Both the position numbers and the translations under genes were made by a program. A stretch of DNA of 63,195 bases, the filler included, from Salisapilia sapeloensis CBS 127946 (taxonomy: Eukaryota; Protista; Oomycota), in the NCBI GenBank assembly GCA_023334545.1. It is 10 parts of 10 records of this genome, joined end to end, with 100 filler letters (N's around TTAATTAATTAA, not from the genome) between each part and the next. Parts side by side here need not be neighbours in the genome. Positions count along the whole stretch, not along the records: positions 52,060 to 56,753 come from JAADVB010000657.1; positions 56,854 to 57,890 come from JAADVB010001345.1; positions 57,991 to 60,465 come from JAADVB010000897.1; positions 60,566 to 63,195 come from JAADVB010000872.1; 6 more parts are not named here. The stretch is one strand, 5' to 3'. Below, piece after piece: positions 56,301 through 63,195 of this stretch (position 1 is its first letter; each line of letters begins with the position of its first letter). Under the pieces are notes generated by a model that ran no database searches, was not told where the DNA came from, and saw only the letters and a program-made list of their open reading frames with translations.

Positions 56301-56507
56301 AGTAAGATGACGTCGTCAGATACGAGTTCACGTTCGATGTCTGTAAGTTCGGCAGGAGTGGATGATGCCAATAACGGCATTTTAGTCCTGAAGAGCAAGC
56401 ATGCAGCAAAAGATGCGGACCAATTCTCCAGTATGGACGACTTTGCCTTGTCTCGATTCTCGGAGCAATCTGCCGCTAGTAATACACCACGCGCGTATGC
56501 GATTTAG
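53367..56507 (+). CDS. LRR receptor-like kinase (TKL group), 1046 aa
   Basis: ATG 53367 with signal peptide MGLLVLLYTLAVVYFGHVVEA; Cys-rich N-module; many LxxLxLxxN repeats; TM FVAIAVIGCVILCILGYVSVI; kinase GAYGEV, VAVK, HRDLKSKN, DFG, WMAPE, DVYSFG. Confidence 0.93.
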   Translation: MGLLVLLYTLAVVYFGHVVEAKDQKMCTRANELTTDCGGQCHALCIKYRHPKDCGDECKADDDGCKYECIDSNATEAWNISLDGVPAWNNSLRTSTQIVAIRALKVPKDVSSLAITTSCEDCSTEKGYVHNAIFPDHKIVRDGGSVSSLKFTNLNCSHIPSSAFDMDLDTLTLQNCALLKVPSYVLNQIELSTLDLSRNFMKTLPDDITTLPLEMLKLDDNRFSKFPTLLSGLSTLKRLSMRDNNITKVDLKLKKSPLEVLSLDRNSLTKLPDFGKAFPKLTTIYMNQNQISHVTGNYSTNLTKLVLRGNELTSFNASFRNLSHLDVGNNKLKKLLTLPPTLRILNATGNALTSLPKDKLISLTTLNLSNNSLQSFDMKVPSLKVLDLRANDLKELPSNILKLKHLEALYLRGNSKLKGTKISLEQYRFLSNLKKLDIDKKMFKPDGDCSFESVEGDTICAKKQSDPNKEKAVLIEDTGSQEEDDGSTTSFVAIAVIGCVILCILGYVSVIRKRNKTPPLSSPSSSPPPRKKSPEELSSMYQFSSKMASKLHSIEKDQTSSFIFNSNMMQPNVFNDPSLNAYRLNHEAIKMEYSLASGAYGEVWTAYYRNELVAVKTLSASTTGNDHALDGFVDEVKLMSRLDHPRIVRMYGATWTDKTDLRIVMEYMSKGDLHSLLQTPALPKGQWDKAKFQIAMDIMEALTYIHSLDPILIHRDLKSKNVLINSLLRAKVTDFGTACFHHDFDGMTMGVGTGRWMAPEMLLEKANYTEKVDVYSFGIILSELDTHAMPFSGIMADSRDADDDEEEEMPEYGILQMIVGGELQPSFSASCPPAIVRIAQKCFAFHPEDRPSAQKVAFWLRQAAAEELNKSKDGPEVPQPSGKPQESDKPYHSKQMRASQSSSSSTPSTKSGGPSPRRADTHGTSSSLDYVKKKRGNVPRRNARSYSDTRSEKISKRRPATKENEKRKEVPSNHTKSMSKMTSSDTSSRSMSVSSAGVDDANNGILVLKSKHAAKDADQFSSMDDFALSRFSEQSAASNTPRAYAI

Positions 56508-56563
56508 GAAGAAGGTGAATATGTCAAAGAAATGAAATTCTGTATTGAAAGAAAGACGATGGT

Positions 56564-56752
56564 TTATTCTACGTCGGTATCACTCGGTTCAGGATGAGGT
56601 AGATCCGACAGCAGTCGCTCCACCTCGGCAATCACCTCGACCTCTGAAGCACTCGTGTTGCTTGGAAACACTGCTTGCAGGTCGCCGCGATGGTCGATGA
56701 GGAACTTGTCAAAAGGAGCCGTGGGTGCCACCGACCGACCGTACTCTTCCCG
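56564..56752 (-). CDS. 3' end of the same unknown gene (copy 2, inverted)
   Basis: Same peptide as 52061-52249; similarity decays about 35 bp after the stop codon. Confidence 0.6.
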   Translation of the reverse strand, partial: REEYGRSVAPTAPFDKFLIDHRGDLQAVFPSNTSASEVEVIAEVERLLSDLPHPEPSDTDVE

Positions 56753-56753
56753 A

Positions 56754-56853
56754 NNNNNNNNNNNNNNNNNNNNNNNNNNNNNNNNNNNNNNNNNNNNTTA
56801 ATTAATTAANNNNNNNNNNNNNNNNNNNNNNNNNNNNNNNNNNNNNNNNNNNN
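56754..56853. other. Artificial contig spacer
   Basis: 44 N + TTAATTAATTAA + 44 N. Confidence 0.98.
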
Positions 56854-56951
56854 GGTGCTGTGGTGGAGTGCACTTGTCCTGCGAGCATTTTTTCCTTGTC
56901 TGTCTTGCGTGGCGCGCGTGTGGTTTGCGCGTCGTTCCTGGTGGTGTTCAT
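56854..56951 (-). CDS. Possible 5' fragment of a maltose/galactoside O-acetyltransferase-like gene
   Basis: MNTTRNDAQTTRAPRKTDKEKMLAGQ resembles the N-terminal EKEKMLAG motif of that family; only about 30 codons are visible. Confidence 0.35.
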
Positions 56952-57148
56952 GATGGTAGCGGCTTTATGTTTCGTCTTCCGCACGTCTAGGGTGGTGTCG
57001 GCAGTGGGCGAATGTCGGAGTGGCCGGATGGAAGATAGCAGTCGACGCTGCAGACGTCCGCGATCAAGTGGATGTGGTTTCCGTATCTCCCAGCTGTCTC
57101 GTGCATATAATATTTACTATTGTACATATGCTATCTGTTAATGTATGA

Positions 57149-57221
57149 GGGGATGTAGCTCAGATGGTAGAGCGTTCGCTTAGCATGCGAAAGGTACTGG
57201 GATCGATACCCAGCTTCTCCA
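57149..57221 (+). tRNA. tRNA-Ala (anticodon AGC)
   Basis: GGGGATGTAGCTCAGATGGTAGAGCGTTCGCTTAGCATGCGAAAGGTACTGGGATCGATACCCAGCTTCTCCA folds as a cloverleaf with the G3:U70 Ala identity pair and one U:U mismatch at 6:67. Confidence 0.93.
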
Positions 57222-57229
57222 ATCGAATC

Positions 57230-57239
57230 TTTTACTTTT
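57230..57239 (+). terminator. Pol III terminator T-runs
   Basis: TTTTACTTTT starting 9 bp after the tRNA. Confidence 0.6.
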
Positions 57240-57890
57240 GCTACTCGGGCCGATCCTGCCCGCTACGCTTTTTTTGCGCCACATCACAATCTTTTCAACC
57301 TACCGCTTCGCAGACGCTGCTTTGCATGATGATCCCAACCGCTACGGATATTGTCGAGGTAGCCCAAGTTGTAATCCCCACCCATTCATTCCCCAAACTA
57401 GCCGACTCCCATGCGGAAATTTTATCCAACCCATCGTCAACTCCGTTTCCGCTTTTGCACATTTATACCCCAGCTTACTGCAAAATAAAACCAACAAATT
57501 GCACGTCGTCTGAAGCGACTGATGAGCCTTCCGAGTCAATTCCTGCCAGTTTTCTTGCACTTCTAATCTTAGCGCATGCAGTACAATACTATTGTAGCGT
57601 GATGCGGTCGTTCAAAAAGACCCGGCTGCATACAGCACCGTACAAGCTCACGAGTTCGCGCTGCTGCAATCGGCTACACCTCATGCGTTTCCATCGGCAG
57701 GGCGCGTTCAGCGGCATAAACTGCGCAGCTCAGAAGATCTACGAACCCTCCTAGTCTTACGCTACCAAAGATCACGGTCGTGGTTAGATGCAGGATACAC
57801 GACGAAATGAAGACTCCATGCATTCCGGTCGAAACTTTATGAAGTGCGGAACTTGGCAGCTGAGGCATACAATCCCTACGTGGTTGATGA

Positions 57891-57990
57891 NNNNNNNNNN
57901 NNNNNNNNNNNNNNNNNNNNNNNNNNNNNNNNNNTTAATTAATTAANNNNNNNNNNNNNNNNNNNNNNNNNNNNNNNNNNNNNNNNNNNN
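57891..57990. other. Artificial contig spacer
   Basis: 44 N + TTAATTAATTAA + 44 N. Confidence 0.98.
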
Positions 57991-58078
57991 AACAACCTGC
58001 GTCTCATATTATGCGTGTCAGTTCTGCTAGAGAGTATGAAAATTTAGTAGGGTGGCTTCTTTGTGGATTGGCGGAGGT

Positions 58079-58129
58079 GTCTCGATGGTGTCTCGAAGGG
58101 TCTGGAGGGAGTCTGGAAGGTTCGGCAAG
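58079..58129 (+). promoter_or_regulatory. Candidate heat-shock element array
   Basis: GAAggTTC at 58116-58123, embedded in tandem 10-11-bp units gtct(c/g)ga(a/g/t)gg, about 30-75 bp upstream of the INR. Confidence 0.45.
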
Positions 58130-58155
58130 ATCGCGGCGTGTGGCGTGGGCAAAGG

Positions 58156-58171
58156 TCATTTTGGAATTTGC
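58156..58171 (+). promoter_or_regulatory. Oomycete INR+FPR core promoter
   Basis: TCATTTTGGAATTTGC, 50 bp upstream of the HSP70 ATG. Confidence 0.75.
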
Positions 58172-58221
58172 GAGCGAAGAGCAACTCATCCCGGAAACAA
58201 CAAGAAGAACTACTTATAAAC

Positions 58222-60201
58222 ATGTCTGAATCCAAGGTGCAAGGACAAGCCGTCGGTATCGACCTCGGCACGACGTACTCGTGCGTCGGCGTGTGGCAGA
58301 ACGACCGTGTGGAGATCATTGCGAACGACCAGGGTAACCGTACGACGCCTTCGTACGTCGCTTTCACGGACTCGGAGCGTTTGATCGGTGACGCTGCGAA
58401 GAACCAGGTTGCGATGAACGCCTCGAACACGGTGTTCGACGCGAAGCGTTTGATCGGGCGCAAGTTCACGGACGACGTTGTGCAGAGCGACTGCTCTCAC
58501 TGGCCGTTCCGCGTGTCTGCGGGTCCGGCGGACAAGCCTCAGATCCACGTGACGTTCAAGGGTGAGGAGAAGACGTTCCAGCCGGAGGAGGTTTCTTCGA
58601 TGGTTTTGGTGAAGATGAAGGAGGTTGCGGAAGCGTACGTCGGACAGGAGGTGAAGAACGCTGTGGTGACGGTGCCTGCGTACTTTAACGACTCGCAGCG
58701 TCAGGCGACGAAGGACGCTGGTTCGATCGCCGGCATGAACGTTTTGCGTATCATCAACGAGCCGACGGCGGCTGCCATTGCGTACGGTCTTGACAAGAAG
58801 GGCGGCGAGCGCAACGTGCTTATCTTCGATCTTGGTGGCGGAACCTTCGATGTGTCGCTCCTGTCGATCGAGGAGGGCATCTTCGAGGTGAAGGCGACTG
58901 CGGGTGACACTCACTTGGGTGGTGAGGACTTTGACTCTCGCCTGGTGGACCACTTTGTGCAGGAGTTCAAGCGCAAGCACCGCAAGGACTTGTCGCAGAA
59001 CCAGCGCGCGATGCGTCGTCTACGCACGTCGTGCGAACGCGCGAAGCGTACGCTTTCGTCTTCTGCTCAGGCGTACATTGAGATCGACTCTCTGTTCGAG
59101 GGCGTGGACTTCAACAGCACGATCACGCGTGCTCGTTTCGAGGACATGTGCGCGGACTACTTCCGCAAGACGATGGAGCCTGTGGAGAAGTGCCTTCGCG
59201 ACTCGAAGCTGTCGAAGAGCCAGGTGCACGAGATCGTGCTTGTTGGCGGTTCGACGCGTATCCCGAAGGTGCAGCAGTTGCTGTCTGACTTTTTCAACGG
59301 CAAGGAGCCGTGCAAGAGCATCAACCCGGACGAGGCTGTTGCGTTCGGCGCGACGGTGCAGGCCGCGATTCTGAGCGGCAACTCTGACTCGGAGAAGCTG
59401 AACGACCTGTTGCTGTTGGACGTGACGCCTCTGTCGACGGGTCTGGAGACTGCTGGTGGCGTGATGACGACGCTGATCCCGCGTAACACGACTGTTCCGA
59501 CGAAGAAGTCGCAGACGTTCTCTACGTACGCGGACAACCAGCCTGGTGTGCTGATCCAGGTGTTCGAGGGCGAGCGCTCGATGACGAAGGACAACAACTT
59601 GTTGGGCAAGTTCAACCTGGACGGCATTCCGCCGATGCCGCGTGGTGTGCCTCAGATCGAGGTGACGTTCGACATTGACGCGAACGGTATCCTGAACGTG
59701 TCTGCGGTGGAGAAGTCTACGGGCAAGGAGAACAAGATCACGATCACGAACGACAAGGGTCGTCTGTCGCAGGCGGAGATCGACCGCATGGTTGCGGAGG
59801 CGGAGAAGTACAAGGCGGAGGACGAGGCGAACAAGGAGCGCATCGACGCGAAGAACGGTCTAGAGAACTACGCGTACAACCTGCGCAACACTTTGAACGA
59901 GGACAAGTTGAAGGACCAGATCTCGGAGGAGGACCGCAAGAGCATCGACGACAAGGTGACGGAGACGATCGACTGGCTGGACGCGAACCAGTCTTCGGAG
60001 AAGGAAGAGTACGAGGCGAAGCAGAAGGAGTTGGAGGGTGTTGCGAACCCGATCTTGCAGAAGATGTACGCTTCTGCTGGCGGTGCTCCGGGCGGTATGC
60101 CTGGCGGCATGCCTGGCGCGGAGGGCGCTGCTCCTGGCGGCGCTGCGCCTGCCCCTGACGCTGGCGGCGACCAGGGCCCGAAGATTGAGGAAGTGGACTA
60201 A
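58222..60201 (+). CDS. hsp70: Cytosolic HSP70, 659 aa, intronless
   Basis: [37 protein letters not shown] repeats, C-terminal KIEEVD. Confidence 0.98.
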   Translation: MSESKVQGQAVGIDLGTTYSCVGVWQNDRVEIIANDQGNRTTPSYVAFTDSERLIGDAAKNQVAMNASNTVFDAKRLIGRKFTDDVVQSDCSHWPFRVSAGPADKPQIHVTFKGEEKTFQPEEVSSMVLVKMKEVAEAYVGQEVKNAVVTVPAYFNDSQRQATKDAGSIAGMNVLRIINEPTAAAIAYGLDKKGGERNVLIFDLGGGTFDVSLLSIEEGIFEVKATAGDTHLGGEDFDSRLVDHFVQEFKRKHRKDLSQNQRAMRRLRTSCERAKRTLSSSAQAYIEIDSLFEGVDFNSTITRARFEDMCADYFRKTMEPVEKCLRDSKLSKSQVHEIVLVGGSTRIPKVQQLLSDFFNGKEPCKSINPDEAVAFGATVQAAILSGNSDSEKLNDLLLLDVTPLSTGLETAGGVMTTLIPRNTTVPTKKSQTFSTYADNQPGVLIQVFEGERSMTKDNNLLGKFNLDGIPPMPRGVPQIEVTFDIDANGILNVSAVEKSTGKENKITITNDKGRLSQAEIDRMVAEAEKYKAEDEANKERIDAKNGLENYAYNLRNTLNEDKLKDQISEEDRKSIDDKVTETIDWLDANQSSEKEEYEAKQKELEGVANPILQKMYASAGGAPGGMPGGMPGAEGAAPGGAAPAPDAGGDQGPKIEEVD

Positions 60202-60348
60202 GTCTGCCGCTTGTTTAGCCTCGCGTAGAGATAAAGGAACAAGTTACTCCTATATATGAAGAGGATACTCGGGTCGCTTTTGTTTTGTTTGTCTTGTTTG
60301 TTTTGTTTGTTGATTCTGGATGGTATTTGTCTAGTGAAGGTAGAGGCT

Positions 60349-60465
60349 TTATTCGTATTCGTCGTCGCTGTCATACCACTCGTCTTCTTCTTCGTCGTCC
60401 CCGTCGAGTCCGCCAAAGTCGAACTGGATCGGAATAGACGTCAAAGCGTAGACTGCGAGAGCGAT
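60349..60465 (-). CDS. 3' end of an unknown gene convergent with HSP70
   Basis: Open frame IALAVYALTSIPIQFDFGGLDGDDEEEDEWYDSDDEYE* from the contig end. Confidence 0.5.
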   Translation of the reverse strand: MALAVYALTSIPIQFDFGGLDGDDEEEDEWYDSDDEYE

Positions 60466-60565
60466 NNNNNNNNNNNNNNNNNNNNNNNNNNNNNNNNNNN
60501 NNNNNNNNNTTAATTAATTAANNNNNNNNNNNNNNNNNNNNNNNNNNNNNNNNNNNNNNNNNNNN
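60466..60565. other. Artificial contig spacer
   Basis: 44 N + TTAATTAATTAA + 44 N. Confidence 0.98.
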
Positions 60566-60706
60566 TCGACCGCTGTACGGTCTTCTCGTGATCACCGTCA
60601 GGATGCAGCTATCCTCTTTCGGTTTCCTGTCCTGCACGCCCAGCATCTCGAGCGCGTGCGACCGAAAGGCTGAAATCAGCTGATTGTCATGACAAGGCTC
60701 GTCGTC
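60566..60706. repeat. 141-bp perfect inverted repeat, partner 63055-63195 (coding in both GT61-like paralogs)
   Basis: Exact reverse complement; encodes DDEPCHDNQLISAFRSHALEMLGVQDRKPKEDSCILTVITRRPYSGR. Confidence 0.95.
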
Positions 60707-61868
60707 ATCTAAATGTGCCATCATGGGTCCTGTCGTCTCGAAGGGTGCCAACATGACGCTCTTGAAGTAAGAGACGCGCTTGACGAGGTGATCGCCTGTG
60801 ACGAGGGGGTAATTTGGACTAAGGACGGCTTTATAGAGTTCGTCTGGGGGAGAAGGGTAGCCGTCGTCTAGGAACACGACTTGGGTGTGCTGAGGAGACC
60901 ACCCGACCGCCTGTAGCATGATCCAAGCATTCAAGACGGCTGAGATCTGGAAGAAGGGATTGTGGTCGTCCCGTCTAGCCACCATGATGGCATTCGCATG
61001 GGGCGTTGGTTCAATGTAATCAGCATCACCCACTTCCTGTCTGCTCAAGAGCGCATTTCGGTTTTCGCAAATGGCGTACCCATCGCTCGGGTCATTCGCC
61101 AGAAGCTGGTCCCACACGCGCGGAGCTCCATTCACTTTGGTCTGCGCCTTGCCGCACACGCAGTAGGCGGACGGGTCCATGTAGACGAAGCGAGGATCGT
61201 GGTTCCCTCCGTCCTAGATGAAGTGTCAGATGCGACGATGATCGTAAAGAGTAGATAGAGTACCTGAGAAATGTCCGAAATAGGCTTGAACACCCTCGAT
61301 TGGCGGAGATCCAGCTGCATGTTGTGCCACACCGTTCCTTTTACGCGATGGTTGTAGTATGTGTAGCTGGATGCTGCCGAGTCGTTATTCGAGTGCGGAA
61401 TCTACTCCAATGCATGTTTAGCAATCGATGCATTTGATCTCTTTCACTTCCATCGCATGCATTTACCTGACAGTGCTCCTCAGCTGACTCCTTCAGCTTC
61501 TCTATGATGCCGTAGTCTCTGTCCCGAATGCACTGCTCGTCGTCACTCGTCAGCGCAGGCCACTCGGGGAAGGGTCGTGCATCTACCTCTGTCTCCGTCG
61601 CAGACTGGTTGTTCACGTCTTTCGTCGTAACGTCATCGAACCTAGCGTACTTTGGGTCCTGCAGATCGGTCTTGGGCTTCTGGCCGATGCGGTAGCGGAG
61701 TGATTGATGGATATTGCTCAAGGTCGCCGAGAACGAGGTGAGAAAAATCAAGAGCGCGAGCACGCAGATGAGGGTAAAGGTGAGCATCAGTGTGCGCCGA
61801 GGAAACCTGCTCCGCCTCTGGTTCCGCTCCATCTCGGTGCTGGAGGCTACGTTCTTATCCGTCGCCAT
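60566..61868 (-). CDS. GT61/EOGT-like type II membrane glycosyltransferase, paralog A, 3' truncated
   Basis: Exons 61868-61467, 61401-61264, 61213-60566; TM LMLTFTLICVLALLIFL; ARRDDHNPFFQISAVLNAWIM; ILTVITRRPY. Confidence 0.8.
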
Positions 61869-61973
61869 TGTCTCCTGACGTGGAAAGACGCTGATGGAGC
61901 TAGTGCGGATCGAGATACAGGCTGCTGGTCTTGTATTCTGGTGGACAGATTAAAAGATCTTTTATTTGGAGAG

Positions 61974-63195
61974 ATGAAGGACCACCCCAAGTCGTATCTG
62001 CCCTTCGCAGTCACGAGAGTGCAGACCAGAAATAGGCTAGGGAGGATCGCTTGCGCCGTCTGTACTGGGGCTCTACTGCTTTCCATTTTGTATCTCGGAT
62101 ATCGACCTTCTCTCGCATTGTAAGTCCTACTGTGTCGCGCAGTCCATCGATTGCGGCCGAGCTCATTTTCGCATAGACCGATCCTACAGCAATGCGCACT
62201 CGAGAGGGATATGGGGATCATCCCAATGTTGACAGCTAGTGCACAAGCACACTGCACCGTGAGTGTACACAGGAATTACCATGTACTCGCCAATTCTTAC
62301 GATCAGTATATATGACAATTCAGGCATCCATTGGAGGACTCGCACCGTCTTCATACACGTTTTACAACTCGAGGGGAGCCCAAATACAGGCTACACACTG
62401 GCAGAACCTCCAGCTAAACCTCGAAAGCATTCAAGTGCATCAACCCATCGCTAGTATTGCCGACGCAAGTTACTCGTATTTAACTCCAAGCGCACACGCA
62501 CATAACCTTTTTGAACATAGGATGGTGGTACGCATGACCCTAGATACAAGTATAAGCCAGATATTGCTATCTGCAACTGCGACTCTCCTCAGCTTACCTC
62601 GTCCTCCCTCTTGGATGCTGCTGCTCCTCCAGTGTGGGACAATATACTCGTCACCAAGAAGTTTTCCGGCGACCTGTACGCTTGCATGCAGTCTCCACCT
62701 CAGATCAAAGATCTATCGATCGACTCTACTGGTGTTCATCAGAAAGTGGTTACGTCTTTTGATAAGAAGACGTTGGTCTTTGGCAGGAGAGATGACCACA
62801 ACCCATTCTTCCAGATCTCGGCCGTCTTGAATGCTTGGATCATGCTTCAAGCCCTTCACTGGTCTTCAAACGATACCCGAGTCATGTTCCTAGATGAGGG
62901 CTTCCCATCTCCCGTCGACCAACTTTACAAGGCGATTTTATCTCCCAACCATCCGATCGTCCGAGGAGCCGACGTCAAGGGCCAGATTATCCACTTTGAT
63001 CATGTTTTAATCGCTCCATACGAAGAGAGTGGTCCGATGATGAGGCACTTGAACGACGACGAGCCTTGTCATGACAATCAGCTGATTTCAGCCTTTCGGT
63101 CGCACGCGCTCGAGATGCTGGGCGTGCAGGACAGGAAACCGAAAGAGGATAGCTGCATCCTGACGGTGATCACGAGAAGACCGTACAGCGGTCGA
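61974..63195 (+). CDS. GT61/EOGT-like type II membrane glycosyltransferase, paralog B, 3' truncated
   Basis: Exons 61974-62119, 62177-62258, 62324-62464, 62521-63195 keep one frame; TM IACAVCTGALLLSILYLGY; GRRDDHNPFFQISAVLNAWIM; third intron is GC-AG. Confidence 0.8.
63055..63195. repeat. 141-bp perfect inverted repeat, partner 60566-60706
   Basis: Window ends exactly at the reverse complement of the contig start. Confidence 0.95.

Noticed and set aside
57149-57221. ATCG instead of TTCG in the T-loop, or a tRNA-derived SINE
   Set aside because: A54 is normal in eukaryotic cytosolic tRNA-Ala, and the gene is full length with an immediate T-run terminator.
58210-58980. 256-aa antisense ORF inside HSP70, and similar antisense ORFs in GT48, typA, tepsin and the GH16 gene
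   Set aside because: Expected shadow of biased codon usage; no recognisable motifs.
49069-63195. The 141-bp inverted ends as true terminal repeats of linear plasmids, viruses or Polintons
   Set aside because: The same exact length on three unrelated sequences, two of them ordinary coding DNA, fits assembler k-mer overlap; no polymerase, capsid or integrase is present.

Overview
Eukaryotic, intron-containing DNA that is most likely oomycete. This rests on INR+FPR core promoters (TCATTYYNNAATTTGC) before several genes and on oomycete-type GH6, GH17, START-FYVE, LRR-RLK, ABCA and GT48 genes. It is not one locus: nine identical 100-bp spacers (44 N, TTAATTAATTAA, 44 N) join ten contigs, so gene order across spacers is not evidence of linkage. 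Three contigs end in exactly 141-bp identical inverted repeats, the signature of a k=141 de Bruijn assembly breaking at collapsed inverted duplications. Genes found: a 7-exon fusion of an AIG1/FAR-17a-like membrane domain with a cyclopropane-fatty-acid-synthase-like methyltransferase; a 2604-aa KRE6-like GH16 + DUF4203 + GT48 glucan synthase fusion; mitochondrial-type TypA/BipA; a membrane GH16; an acidic repeat protein; a START-FYVE gene with one internal stop; tepsin; GH6; a P450; GH17; an epoxide hydrolase; a lipase; a questin-oxidase-like protein; an ABCA pseudogene; an ankyrin gene; an LRR receptor kinase; tRNA-Ala(AGC); cytosolic HSP70; and a head-to-head pair of GT61-like paralogs. The best candidate for an undescribed system is the AIG1-like/CFA-synthase fusion, followed by the GH16-GT48 fusion and the homogenised inverted GT61 pair. 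All family assignments are by-eye motif recognition; no database search was run.
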